Below are positions 38,461-52,573 of a stretch of DNA of 64,000 bases, one piece after another. Every line of letters starts with the position of its first letter. Position 1 is the first letter of the stretch. The notes below the pieces were generated by a model. That model saw only the letters and a program-made list of their open reading frames with translations. It had not been told where the DNA came from and did no database searches. The position numbers and the translations under genes are program-made. The DNA is from Octopus bimaculoides (lineage: Eukaryota): contig NC_068981.1 of the NCBI RefSeq assembly GCF_001194135.2, positions 125,540,626-125,604,625 on the forward strand, given 5' to 3'.

Positions 38461-38704
38461 ATAACTAAATATTGCAAGGCATTATTTTTAAACCAATACT
38501 CTACTGATTCTGCAAACACCAATTTATTACTTTTGCTTGGTCAACATGAGATTTTTGATAGATTTCCTAGTCAAGTGATTAAATTAACAGCTGATAGAAT
38601 TATGAATCAGTTATAGCTAAACTGATAGAAATTCTATAGAAAAAGCTTGTCTGGCTAAATGTCATTATAAAGTACCTTTGGTTGAAGTCAATGATTATGT
38701 TTAA

Positions 38705-38910
38705 CCATTTAGCATTTAAACCAGCTGTATCTGGCTTAAATATTCTGCTTGTTTTATGTTCAAAGCAGCCACATCTACTCTACAATGTCATTCTAAAAAT
38801 AGACAATCACTTCATTGAAACCTTGAAGCTACAAGATAATGCATGATTAAATCAAAGCAATCTGAATAAATAAGCATTACATTTGACAGAGTAATCTGAA
38901 TGCTAAAGGG
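38705..38910. mobile_element. piggyBac-type MITE
   Basis: TTAA-ccatttagcatt ... aatgctaaaggg; homologous to 34398-34617. Confidence 0.83.
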
Positions 38911-39249
38911 TTTAAATACTATTTCATTCAGTTCAGGCTCACTTAAATAGATGCTAAGTGGCTTTCATATTTGAGTGGTTTAAATTAGAGAGGTATTCAA
39001 CTGTAAAATACTTGCAATAATTAATATAAAATCATAAGTTTTCCAAAGAATCAAATCTCTCTTAGCATTGCCAAATGAATGAATAAAGAATTGTTTTAAA
39101 AATTGAAAATAATATGATAATTAAATAAGGAAGACATGAAGCTCATTGTTGCTTTTCATTGAGTTTAAGCATAATGCCTTAGACCAACTGATGATATCAG
39201 CAATTCAAGCAGTTGTCCAAGGCACCATATCATTTTTGGAGGTATCTAT

Positions 39250-39638
39250 TGTTGTTGTTGGCACTCCGACGCTTACGACGTCGAGGGTTCCAGTTGATCC
39301 GATCAACGGAACAGCCTGCTCGTGAAATTAACATGCAAGTGGCTGAGCACTCCACAGACATGTGTACCCTTAACGTAGTTCTCGGGGGTACTCAGCGTGA
39401 CACAGTGTGACAAGGCTGGCCCTTTGAAATACAGGTACAACAGAAACAGGAAGAAAGAGTGAGAGAAAGTTGTGGTGAAAGAGTACAGCAGGGTTCGCCA
39501 CCATCCCCTGCCGGAGCCTGGTGGAGCTTTAGGTGTTTTCGCTCAATAAACACTCACAACTCCTAGTCTGGGAATCGAAACCGCGATCCTATGACTGTGA
39601 GTCCACTGCCCTAACCACTAGGTCATTGCACCTCTACC
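39250..39638 (-). mobile_element. SINE family C, full length with TSD
   Basis: High identity to 28802-29172; 12-bp TSD ggaggtatctat. Confidence 0.93.
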
Positions 39639-40249
39639 GGAGGTATCTATACAAAGGGGAAAATGTAAAAATCATAAATAAAATGAAATAAAAGCAAGAG
39701 TGAAAATTTTCTTAGTAGAGTCAAGCTTATTCTAAATAATTCTTTCTATTATAGACACAAGGCCTGAAATTTTGCAGGAGAGGGTTGGTTAGCTGGAACT
39801 TATTTTATCAATCAGCTGGAAATTATTTTATCAATCCAGAAAGGATTGAAAAGAAAAGTTGACCTCAGTGTGATTTGAACTTAGATAATAAAGACAAATA
39901 AAATGCTGGTAAGCATCTTGTCAAGTGTGCTAACAATTCTGTCACCTCACCACCCGAAGCTTATTTTGAAATAATCCAGAAGTGAGTATAGGAGTCAAAG
40001 CTAAATTAATGCATAGGTGGGATTGTCATTAATGGATAGCATCTGTTATTACTTAATTGATTGTGCTGCAAATAAACATGAACAAGCACTACAAGCACTA
40101 GCAAAGGAAATAACTTAGCTACAAAATTAGATATAGAACCCATTCTTATAAGTGAAAAAAGATATGTTGAAAAGAAAAATGATAGTGAGAACGTGAGTTC
40201 ATTAAGTTTTCAAACAGAAATAACTTAGAAAGAAGATTTTAATAAATCA

Positions 40250-40700
40250 TGCATTCAATGTAATCCTATTAATTCTTTATCTGAGAGGGTTGGAGGATTT
40301 CAGTTTCAATAGCACAAGAAAATTTTTAAACGAAAATAAAAACTTGTGAAACAAAAAAACTGAGATTAGCATGTCAAGGGTTGGAGGATAAGTTAAGGTA
40401 TCAACAAAATAAGAATATTAATGAATGTGATTCTTTGACTGAACTAGATATTGCAAAATAATTCAATTTTGGAGATGTAAAGCTTTCAATTTCTCAACTG
40501 TAGTGAGATACAAGATGTCATGTTAAATCCATGAGATGCATTAAAAATAATGCTTACAATGCCTATAACTGGGGCTATAGGAGAGAGAAGCTTTAGTAAG
40601 CTAAAACCCATAAAGATATGACACTAGACAGATTAAATTTTTTGGCAATTTTGTCAGTAGAAGATAATATTCTGAAAAAGATAGGAATAGAAAGTTCTAC
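40250..40700 (+). pseudogene. decayed hAT transposase C-terminal dimerisation domain
   Basis: ALKIMLTMPITGAIGERSFSKLKPIK ... RLNFLAILSVE (about 40527-40680) matches the hATC motif ERSFS.LK.IK...RL..LA.LS.E. Confidence 0.8.
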
Positions 40701-41899
40701 AAAAACATTTGTAGATCTTAAATTAAAGAAAATTTTTTAATTAAGATAATTTATGTTTTACAATATTTTTTGTTTTTCTTTTTATTCATAAATTCTAACC
40801 TATTAGAAAAAATCTGATAGATCTACAAGTGATCAATGGCATTCTTCTGACTCACCTATCCACTCAATATTTGTAACAAAAGTATGTTAAAATCATTAAC
40901 GACAACATAGATATGGACTATCTCTCTCTTCCAGTTATATTAATGAAACAATTTGAATCTTTGTTTCTGTGTTCAAGCTGTTCACTTTGAGTTACATATT
41001 GCATGTTTATTTCTACAGTTACCTTTTTCCTCCTTGTAAAAATTTTTAAAAAAATTATACTTGTAAGAGTAGTGAATTTCAGCTTGTTCAGAGTTCCAGC
41101 AACCCCAGTGCAGACCTTAATTTTATAATGCATTTATCAAGTGCAGAAACTTCATGTGTTTCTAAGTGATAGGAAATGCTTTCAACCTGGAATCAAGAGT
41201 AAATTGCAAACTCTGTATGCCTAAGATATATATCACAATTACAAGTATTTTGATACAACCTTGTTAACAAATAGCATCAATATGTCAGAATGTCAGAACT
41301 AAAAGCCAAAGCTATTTCAGATACTGAAGACTGATTATAATTTATTTATTTTATTTTATCTGGCAAAGTTACTTCTTAATCTTAACATTCCCCACCAAAA
41401 TAATAAGAAAGAAATCTAAATATGAATGGTAGTTGTGTAGGCAAGCCGATATTCTTATGCCTCATTTTTCATCCACCAAACACTCTTGTGTTATTGATAT
41501 CTGTAGTGGTTCAATATTTCTAGTCTGACATCCTAATCTCCTTCTGAGACGAAAAAAAAACAAAAAAAAACAGTCCCCAGTGCTAGCAGTTGAACTCATC
41601 ACTTTAAGCCAACTAAATATACATCATTGTATTTACTGACTACTGGGTAAAAAAAATCAATGAGAGAAAAACTGTAAACTTCTGATCATTCATTGAGTTA
41701 ACTAGTATCTACCAGTTGGGGGTCATCTGATTCACAGTGTTAACTAATCACAATTGAATTGAAGAAAACTCACTAGAGAATCATTCAAATATTACTCTTG
41801 GCATTATAGTACTCTCTACACTAATAAACTAGCAATATATATTTTTTTTACAGTTCAGTTAGAAAGAAGGAAGATGCACCCATGACTTTTGTTGGTCTT

Positions 41900-43330
41900 T
41901 TGGGACAGACTTTGCTCTGGAGGAAGGAACTGTATTCTTGCTGTCAATAGACCCTCAAGACAAGCGAATTTGACACAGCGATGCTTTTCTTAAACCCCTA
42001 CAAGTTGACGACTACAAGAAAAACCTGGAAATAGAGGGAATTCTAGAAGGGAGAAGGACTGGGTAAAGTAGTTGACTAGAGCAAATTGTTGGAGATTTTC
42101 ATGTCAGATATGGTCAAATGCTTTGCTGATATCAAGAGCAATAATACTATTTTCACCAAAATTTCTCAAGAGCAAAGGCACAGTAGTAAATGACACAGGA
42201 AAGTAGGACTCAAATAGATATGGCTTTATAGGATACAATACTTTTATTGTAATTGAAGAGGGAAAAGGATTCGAGATTTTGGAGAAGGTGCTTGTTAATG
42301 AGTGTCTGTCATCTTCAATTTTAGAAGTGAAAAGAACAGGTCAGTAGAGTTGCTCTTCAGAAGAAGTTACACTATTACATGTTTCTAAAGATCAAGGTAG
42401 ATGCTGACAGAGATAAATACTGAAGAGTTTAGGGTGAATAGATGTTAGCTCAGCAATGCATTGTTTAAGAATGATAAAATAAATACTACAAGGTTGCAGG
42501 ACATTTTATTTTGAAGTGACTGAGGATACTGAGAGAATGGATATTGGAGGGGTTTTAGCTAGAAGCAAAACTGACAACAAACATAGAGACTTTCTCTTTG
42601 GAGTTACTGCTTACTGAGTCATCATTATTGAAAAATAGAGGGTAGTAAGATTGCATGAACTTGGTAGATATACATTTGACAAAGAACCCATAGAATCAAC
42701 TGTAAAATAGTGGCAGGAGAGTTCCAGGTTGTGTGACTGATGTTCAGAATGAACAGCTGCAAGTAAATGACTGCAGGAAAAATTAAGAGAATTCCAGAGG
42801 ATTGATGTTCTGGAGAAAATGATTAAGCTTGGTGGTTAGTACAGGACTTAGAAGTGAAGGAAACACAGTATGGGTGATGTGAGAAAGAGAGAGAAGTGTG
42901 TTAGGTGAGTTTGGACAAAGTCAGAAAGTAACTAGCTAGTTCTAAGCAGAGGCCATTGTAAAAAAAAAAAAAGGAAGAGTGAGGAGACATATTTACTAGT
43001 TAGAAGTTAAGTGTGTTGGCCAGTGAGTCTTTGACAGTCAATATATGACTGTCTTTTGTATGCTGTCTAGAATATGTTTGAATATGTAGCAGCAGCACCA
43101 ACCTAGATGTAGGAACTGGGAGCAGAGAGTGTATGTCACTGAAGCTTTGTAAAATCAGCAGCTGTTCAAAGCTGAAGTATGTTCTAATCTGAAGATGAGG
43201 GATAGTCTTTAAGCCACAGTTTTTATTATAATGTGCTTTATCAGTGATATAGGATAGAACTAACAGAAGAATCATCAATAGAGAAATTGACAAAATGACA
43301 TGAAGTATTAGCTACAGTATTACCACCAAA
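41900..43330 (-). mobile_element. decayed CR1/Jockey-group LINE ORF2 (endonuclease end and RT)
   Basis: In the expected order on the minus strand: SNSKEKVSMFVVSFAS (about 42600), ILKQCIAELTSI (about 42460), Y*PVLFTSKI (about 42330), IALDISKAFD (about 42130); many stops and frameshifts. Confidence 0.75.
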
Positions 43331-43560
43331 ATGGACTACACAAGGACGTAGTCTGTCAAGCAATTTTTTTATTTATGTTTGCATAGAATTGGATTATTCT
43401 ATGGATATAAGTATTTGCATTAACAATTTTACTGTGGAAGTCAGATATATTGACTCAAAATCTCATTATCCTGAACAGCAGAAAGCAGTTTTATATACTC
43501 ATCTATTTTTTGTTAAGGAATATCATTTTTTAAATTAGTTTTTTTTCTTTTTTATTCTAG

Positions 43561-43916
43561 CACCATTTGAGCGTGATCGTTACCAACGTTGCCTTCCTGG
43601 CACTTGGGCACGTGTAAAGACATTCAAGCGAGTTCGTTGCCAATACCACTGGACTGGCTCCTATGCAGGTGGCACGTAAAATACACCATTTCGAGCATGG
43701 TCGTTGCCAGTACCTCCTGACTGGCCTTCGTGCCGGTGGCATGTAAAAGCACCCACTACACTCTCGGAGTGGTTGGTGTTAGGAAGGGCATCCAGCTGTA
43801 GAAACTCTGCCAAATCAGATTGGAGCCTGGTGTAGCCATCTGGTTCACCAGTCCTCAGTAAAATCGTCTAACCCATGCTAGCACAGAAAGCGGACGTTAA
43901 ACGTTGATGATGATGA
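43561..43916 (+). mobile_element. SINE family D (modular 5' subrepeats, aggaagggcatccagctgtagaaac core, (gat)n tail)
   Basis: Homologues at 46905-47130, 50790-51068, 53810-54090, 55090-55222 and 61390-61710. Confidence 0.85.
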
Positions 43917-46900
43917 TATGTCAAGTTTACTGAGGCAATGTAAGTTATTAAAAAATACCAATTCTAGTTTGGGGAGATAATTAACATCATTACTGAAATG
44001 ACCTTGAAATTTAATTTTGTTGTTAAAGAGTTAAATATTCAAATGTATTACACACAGTCTCAACCATTCAATTCTGAAGTAGAAGTGATAATAGAGTTTA
44101 GGAGGTCAGTGAACTATATTTAAAGTACAATGCAATGGCAGTATCAAATTTTGAACTTGTGAGTTGGTAACCTCGTCTCTATATAAAAGGAATATGAATG
44201 AAATATCAATTTCAAGAAAAAGGGTTCTCTTTATGAAGCTAAATAATTGATTGTAGAAAAAGAAAGATTTAATTTCTAGGAATCAAACTTTGTGTTGAAG
44301 TAGTATGTTTTTTTTTATTTGACATATATTGCATTTTACAATAATGTGTTATACAGTGTTTTTTCTATTATTGAGATACAGTTACAAAAATGAAAATGGA
44401 CAGCTTGTCTAGTTTCACTTATTTAATTGCCTAGCCATGTGTTTCCAGAACTTGCAAAGCTATTTAATAAGGAGAAATCACAATTAAATAAGGAAAAATT
44501 CCAAAAAGTCTGGTGTCTGTCAAACAATTAAGCATTTACCTTGACTACAAGAAAATGAAACTAAAAGAAATTAAACAAAAATTAGTGGTTATATGTCATT
44601 AATAGGTAATGTGCTTCCAGCCATCATAAAATTGGTGAATCGCAAGTGACACCATCTTATGTAGAAGAGAAATGCATCAACTGGTCTTTGCTGTATTCTC
44701 TAAGATTATGGAAGAGTTTGAACTAATGAAGCATCTATTAGGTCTTCCATTCTACTTTCTTATTATTAGTACTAAGCCTTTGTCAGCAATATCTATCGTC
44801 AATACCAAGTCCATAACATCAGCCTTTGCTGTACTCACTACCAGAACCTACAGATATTCAAGTCAAGCCAATGTGGGAGCCTCTTTACTTCTGTTAAGCC
44901 TTTAAGAAATAGCAACCAAATCTCCTCTGTATCACACCCTATTATCATAAGGAAAGAAGGAAGGTCTCATTAGATAATGATGTAGTTTTAGCTATCCTAA
45001 TAAAGAAAAGGAAAAAGATAAGATGATTATGACAGACATGTCTCTGATCAAAGGTTTATTCAATTAGGCCTGACGTTGGGCTAAAGAGCAGCAACAACAA
45101 CAGACATACAGGAACACACAGGATAGTGTGATGTAAACAAAAGGCATTAAGCCCCAGCTACTACTACATCCCATATGACAAATCACTGCATGTCAAAAAC
45201 CTCAGTGTGATATTCCACTTGATTGAAATATGGTAAATCTAGAGTAACACATTTGTGATTTGCACCTTGTAATTTGGCTTACCATCCATTGAATCTTTGA
45301 GAGATAGTCTCCTCATTGTCTCTCGGCCTACAAGAAATAGCAGCCAGTTTTTCTTCAAGTTTTATCCTGCAATCTTAAAAATAAAGAACACATTAGACAA
45401 TGTGATCCTAGTTACATTATATCTGCAAAATAAAGATGGCAAAATGGTAACAACCAGAATGCCTTTTGACCATAGGTCTAACTGATCAGAACTAAACAAC
45501 TAAAAACAATCTACTATTAATGGGGTGAACTGTGTCATTATGAATTAAATGCTGTTGCCATGGATACAGTCGTAAGTTAACCAGAGTTAAATTGGTCCTT
45601 GAAGGTTTATACATCACAGAAGAGTAGAAGAAAGGTACACAATAAGTATGTTCAGCAGAAGATAAAATAAATTAAAGACTAACAGTAGTATCTCTGATGG
45701 TACAATCACAATAATGCTGTTGCTGTTGTTGTTGTTGTTGGTGGTGGTGTCCTGCTGCTGATGTTGTTTAGACCAGGTCTACTCCGATTGAGGAGAACTA
45801 TGATCAAAGCTTTCTCAGCTATGAATATCCTTTCTCTCTCTCTCTCTCTCTCTCTAGCTCTTTCCCCCCTCTCTCTGTCACTCTCCCTCTCTCTGTTTTG
45901 TCAAGATAGCATTGTGTGGTAGGAGGAAGATTTGGCTACCATTTCTGACAGGTTGAGTGACCATGCAAGGATTCCCTCAATGGCTTGTGGATAATGGAGA
46001 TAATGGTAATGATAATGGCAGTAGGGGTGGGCAGAGATGATGGTGATGATGATGATGATGATGATGATGATGACATCAATAATCATGACAACAACAGTGA
46101 TGAAAATTAATACTTAGCCAAAATTTTCAGTGGTATTGAGCTTTCTTATAGAGTAAAATATAAAAGCCAAAATATAAAATATTTTGATTCACACTATGTA
46201 TAAATGTAATCAATACACACCAAATATTAATAATCTATCTTAATTTATGACTATTAACCCAATACCGAATTCGCATATCAAAACATTTAATCAATAAGAT
46301 GCGACTATAGAACTTGACGCAACAAAGAAAGATAAGGTTTTGAAAGATAAATTACATTTTGGCCATGATTTAATCATGGTTGGCTGAAAATGTTGACAAC
46401 CTCCCTTGCAATATCTACTAAATATACTAAATTTAAGTGAAAAAGTGATATATTCAACTCTTAATGATAAATCTTTTTATAACTGGAAGCAAAAATTAAA
46501 AAAACAGTTGATGTATTCCCATGTTTAGCTATAGAGATTTAAAAAAGAATGTTAAATTCTTGCTTTATATAAACCATTGATCTTATATAAATCAACAAAG
46601 CAAAATTCATGCATTCTCCATATGTGTATGCTTGAACCCTATACAAAGAGCAAGCATTTTCTTTAATCACTTCTTCAATTTGGCCCTTGAATTCTATTTT
46701 TCTCCTAACTTCAAAGTATATTCAAACATCTCCTTCATCATCTTCTCTCTTTTTCCTCACTCCTTCTTCTCCTCTCTCTTTTTGCAATTAATGTAGCCAT
46801 ATATCTCAGCTGCAAGACACCTGTTTTGTCCTTTTATCATACTCTAACCTCTCATTACCTTGCACAAAGCTACCCACTAAAATCTTACACCCCTCAGTTG

Positions 46901-47134
46901 AGGGGTCTTGTCTTGCCAGTTACTTGGTGACTCTTGCAAGTTACTTGGTGCTGGTACCATGTAAAAAACACCCAGTACATTCTGTAAAATGGTTGGTATT
47001 AGAAAGGGCATCCAGCAGCAGAAACTATACCAAAGTGGAATGTATGGTTTGACAGTCTACTGGCTTGCCAACTCCTGTCAAACTGTCCAACCCATGCTGG
47101 CATGGAAAGTGGACATTAAATTATGATAATGATG

Positions 47135-47176
<42 letters not shown>

Positions 47177-48420
47177 TACATATATACATTGTATCACCAT
47201 TTCACTCAGGCAGCAACAAGCCAAGCTGTAGAATATCAATATTATATACACATACATGCGTGTGCACGTGCACACACACACACACACACACCATTTTCAT
47301 CACCATCATTATTTTAATTTCCTCTTTTCCATGCTCATATGGGTCAGACAGAATTCACCAAGTCAGATTTTTTTAACCTTGGATACCCTTCCTGTTGCCA
47401 ACCCTCACCTGTTTCCCATGTAAGGTAATATATTTTTATGACCAGACATATTTACATAGACGAATGGAAACAAAGGACATCCCTTGCATAACTGTGATTC
47501 ACGTTTGCAATTATCATACAATGTCAAGACAAGGAGTTACAAAACACACATATAAGTGCTTCTTGTAATAAAACTGGTTCAACCAAGCTAACATACATTA
47601 GATTTTCTATCTGAAAACTAAGTCATAAGACTCTTCAGAATGACTCTTTGGATTACTGACCTATTATATCCAGTGACTAATTTAGTCATAAGCTAAGTAA
47701 ACTACACATTAGGGCTTCACAATCAAAGGGCCTTAAAATAGAAAAAAAAGATTTATTTCGATATTTTCAATTTTTGTGAGACCTTCTTATGTCATATTTT
47801 AACAAAGTGTTCCCAGTTTTTGTCAAAATCCAACTCTGAGTACGATCTATCGAAGTACGCCTCATATAACCTAGTAGATTACTAAACAGAAGAATTAAAT
47901 TAAAAATTTAGAAGAAGTAAGATGTCTTGATTGAAATGATATTTTAGTACAACTCACTGAATATCAAACTTCCAATATACTGTAGTTTCTGATGTTTAAA
48001 TCAGAATATTTGATATTATTTTTGTGTCTTGTTTCATTATTTTGATATCTAAAGAATAATTAAATCAAGAAACTATCAACACAGAAAACAAAAAAACGTG
48101 TAGCTTGTAAGATAAACTAATTTTACATATTTCATGCTTTGACAAGCAATCTTTAGAATAACAAATATATTGAACAAAAAAAAAAAGGAAAACAAAGAAA
48201 AAAACTTGTACACCACTAGAAAACCATAAATTTCTAAAGACTGATATTTTATAGGAATGAATCAATTTAGTATGTTACTTATGTTTACTTTATTAACACC
48301 AAAAAGAGTTAAGGCAAAACTGACCAAAGTAAAATGTGAACACAGAAACTAGTACTAAACTAAATTGCAGTAAAGTATCAAATCTGGTTCACTATTGTTT
48401 TTACAGATAAGATATATCTA

Positions 48421-48853
48421 TTCTTTTCTACTCTAGACACAAGGCCTGAAATTTTAGGGGAGGGGATCAGTCGATTAGATCGACCACAGTATGCAACTGG
48501 TACTTAATTTATCGACCCTGAAAGTATGAAAGGCAAAGTCAACCTCAGTGGAATTTGAACTCAGAATGTAAAGACAGATGAAATATTGTTAAGTATTTCA
48601 CCTGGCGTGCTATCGTTTCTTATTTCTTTATTGCTCACAAGGGGCTAAACATAGAGGGGACAAACAAGGACAGACAAAGGGATTAAGTCGATTACATCGA
48701 CCCCAGTGCGTAACTGGTACTTAATTTATCGTCCCTGAAAGGATGAAAGGCAAAGTTGACCTTGGCAGAATTTGAACTCAGAACGTAACGGCAGACAAAA
48801 TACCGCTAAGCATCTAGCCTAGCATGCTAACGTTTCTGCCAGCTCGCCACCTT
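48421..48853 (-). mobile_element. two family B SINEs of different subtypes joined within a single TSD
   Basis: Units 48618-48853 and 48421-48617; flanking direct repeat agataagatatatct (48405-48419) / agataagatatatatct (48854-48870). Confidence 0.85.
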
Positions 48854-49307
48854 AGATAAGATATATATCTATTAAACAATAAATCAACAACCTCTGTTTA
48901 ATATTTATCATTTCAACACTTGAGGTTTATAATTCTTAAAGTTAGAAGAAAACTTTCCTTGCAGAAACATTATCCAATATTGTGAACTTTATATAAATAT
49001 TTAATCTAAGTTTTATTTAGCTAGTTAAAGTAGCTAAACAAACATAGATTCAAATAGCAGACACATTTTAAAACTTTTTACAGATATTTCTGAATTTCCT
49101 CTGTTCTTCCATTTGATTGTATGATTTATTTAAATAATTTTCATACACTCCATTCTTATGTTAGTATCTTCCTAATTCTGATTACACCTAAAATATATAA
49201 AAAGAGACATAGAGGTCAGAGCAAATGAATAATAGGTAGTACTTGTCTAGTTATTGATATTTGGCAACTTGGAAACCTAGATATAGAATATTCATACTTT
49301 AAGTGCA

Positions 49308-49359
<52 letters not shown>

Positions 49360-50789
49360 AATATGAATATAGCTTTACTGATAGGTACATGAATTGTTAA
49401 GTATCTCTCATAATATTTCTTGATCAAATTTTCTCTTGGTAGTGATTTAATTTTCTTCACAATTACACAATTAGACACTAAAAATTCCATATCGAGGTGT
49501 TTACATGTTCAAATATTTATCACTGAAATTAATAAATCGTCATGTACACTGAGAATATAAATGATGTACATAATCATTCTTAATACATTCCAGCAGAAAT
49601 GTGAATATGCTAATAACTATATTTCATCACTGGAGAAAATCTCCCTTCAGACAAATGTGCATTCATAACATACTTGAGTCATTGGGGTTAGGGGACTTTG
49701 GGACACTAGTGTTTTGACATTATTGTGCCTCCTCAGTCAAAGATACCCCAGGCCAACAACTTCTTCACTGGTATCTCCTTCTTAATTATTGGTTATAGAA
49801 TCTAAATGTCATGAATCCTACAATAATTACATTGCATGAGAATATTGAATTCAGATCAGAGAAATTTTAACTCTTACCAGCTGGTTGCCAAAAGCACCTC
49901 AGGTGTTCCAATTCCTATTTTATAAAAATATTGATTTCAACAAGGTACCAACATTTGTTGAAAATCAGTACAGGGAACCAAATAACACACACACACACAC
50001 AAACAAATATAAGCATGTATTTCTGTGCATGCTTGCATGAATCTGTGAGTATGTGTGCATACAGATATATGAATGCAAAATTACATGTACATATGTATAT
50101 AAATGTGTGTGTGTGTACATGCACATGTGTGTACACACATATGTGTGTGCATACATATGTATAAAGAGGGAAAATGAGTGAGAAGAAAAGAGAGAGAGAG
50201 AGTAAAGCACAAAGAAATATGGGGAGGTTGTTTTTACATACATGCATGATTTATATAGATTTTTTTTCTCCATGTCATGCTATTTATGTAAAATTGTAAT
50301 ATGTATATAATATGCATATAATTGAATTTTATTTATGTTTTCTGTATTATAAGCCTACAATATAATTCAATCTCAATAGTGCTGATCCTCCAGCAATCCA
50401 TTCAATTATATCATGTTTCCACTTTTCATATACATACATAGCATAGAAGAATTTTTGAAAAAATTAAACAGCCCCCAGGTATCATAATAAAAAAAAGCTA
50501 TGCAGAGCAATATAATTTTAGTTATTATAGGAGAAATATTTGTGGTTCTGTAAAAAAAAATATATACTTGTAAAGTACCTTATGATTTATCATTATTGTT
50601 AGAAAAAAGTCAATTTTATAATACAGTAAGCTTTATCATGGAAATTTATGGCTATAGACATTTTGATTTATTCTATTTCATAATGCTGTATATGTTCAAG
50701 TGTATAATGGGTATAAATATATAATATATATAATAATATATGTGTATGTGAGTGTGAGTATACATACATACATACATACATACATATAA

Positions 50790-51068
50790 GATCGTTGCCA
50801 GTGCCCCTGGACTGGTTCTTGTGCGGGTGGCACATGAGATGCACCATTTTGAGCGTGGCCGTTGCCAGTACCGCCTGACTGGCTCCCGTAGGATTTTCGA
50901 GCGAGACCGTTGCCAGTGCCCCTGGACTGGCTTGTGCGGGTGGCACATAAAAGACACCATTTCGAGCGTGGCCGTTTTCGTGCGGGTGACACGTAAAAGC
51001 ACCCACTACACTCTCTGAGTGGTTGGCGTTAGGAAGGGCATCCAGCTGTAGAAACTCTGCCAAATTAG
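50790..51068 (+). mobile_element. young SINE family D with expanded internal subrepeats
   Basis: CpG-rich; repeated gttgccagt(g/a)cc(c/g)ctg(g/a)ctgg and gtgc(g/c)ggtggcac modules; runs into the N-gap. Confidence 0.85.
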
Positions 51069-51839
51069 NNNNNNNNNNNNNNNNNNNNNNNNNNNNNNNN
51101 NNNNNNNNNNNNNNNNNNNNNNNNNNNNNNNNNNNNNNNNNNNNNNNNNNNNNNNNNNNNNNNNNNNNNNNNNNNNNNNNNNNNNNNNNNNNNNNNNNNN
51201 NNNNNNNNNNNNNNNNNNNNNNNNNNNNNNNNNNNNNNNNNNNNNNNNNNNNNNNNNNNNNNNNNNNNNNNNNNNNNNNNNNNNNNNNNNNNNNNNNNNN
51301 NNNNNNNNNNNNNNNNNNNNNNNNNNNNNNNNNNNNNNNNNNNNNNNNNNNNNNNNNNNNNNNNNNNNNNNNNNNNNNNNNNNNNNNNNNNNNNNNNNNN
51401 NNNNNNNNNNNNNNNNNNNNNNNNNNNNNNNNNNNNNNNNNNNNNNNNNNNNNNNNNNNNNNNNNNNNNNNNNNNNNNNNNNNNNNNNNNNNNNNNNNNN
51501 NNNNNNNNNNNNNNNNNNNNNNNNNNNNNNNNNNNACCACCACCACCACCACCACAATCATCATTATTTAATATCTATTTTTCATGCTGCCATATGTTGA
51601 GTAGTTTGACAGGAGCTGACAAACCACAGGACTGTACCAAGTTCTACTGTCTGCTCTGTATGGTTTCTATGCCTGAATGCCCTTCCTAATATCAGCTAGA
51701 TATGTATGTACGTATGTATGTATGTTTGTATTTTTGTATGAAGGTACGTTGTAGGTAGGTAAGTATGTATGCATGTATATATATATGTGTGTGTATGTGC
51801 ATGCATCTTTGTATGCATACACACACATACATGCACACC

Positions 51840-52161
51840 TCAACCACATGGTTCTAGATTCAATGCCACTGCATGGCAACTTGGGCAAGTACTTTCTAAT
51901 ATAGCCTCAGGCCACCCAAAGTCTTGTGAGTGGATTTGGTAGACAGAAACTGAAGGAAGCCTGTCATATTATATTTACATGTATATATCTATATGTGTGT
52001 GTATCTTTCTGTCTATGTTTGTCCCCCCCCCTACCATCGCTTGAAAATTGTTGTTGCTGTGTTTATGTCCCCATAACTTGGCGGCTCAGCAAAAGAGATT
52101 GATAGAATAAGTGCCAGACTTAAAAAAAAAAGCTACTTGCATTAATTCGTTTGACTAAAAT

Positions 52162-52165
<4 letters not shown>
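51840..52165 (+). mobile_element. SINE family A, 5'-truncated
   Basis: Match to family A from caaccacatggttc onward. Confidence 0.85.
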
Positions 52166-52206
<41 letters not shown>

Positions 52207-52447
52207 CATAAGGAAAAATAAGGAAATGGAAATAAAACTGATAATTGATAAACATCACCTATTATTTATTGATTACAAAAAAAGGCAATATCTCATCTAA
52301 CAACTGTTTCTGTTTGTGCTATTTTGGACATAGTCAGGCTCAATTATTGCAATAATAATAATTACCACTGCTAATAATTATGCCACCTTAAATAGTAGAA
52401 CTTCATCAGAGCGGAAAGATAAAGAAAAAGAAAAGAAAATGAAAGAG

Positions 52448-52570
52448 AAAAAGAGAAAATAAGGATATACCAGTTGATGTTACATGCAATCCTTCTGGAA
52501 ACCTTTCAACCGACTGGTTTTCAGAGGGATAACATATAACATCAATTGGTATATCCTTATTTTCTCTTTT
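52448..52570. repeat. inverted repeat (arms about 55 nt, loop about 11 nt)
   Basis: aaaagagaaaataaggatataccagttgatgtta... is mirrored by ...taacatcaattggtatatccttatttttctctttt. Confidence 0.85.
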
Positions 52571-52573
52571 GAG

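Noticed and set aside
49877-49913. Isolated 37-nt minus-strand exon-like segment (ag|GAATTGG...CAGCTG|gtaaga); similar weak signals at about 54678 and about 55912
   Set aside because: Two frames are open and no phase-consistent partners could be established.
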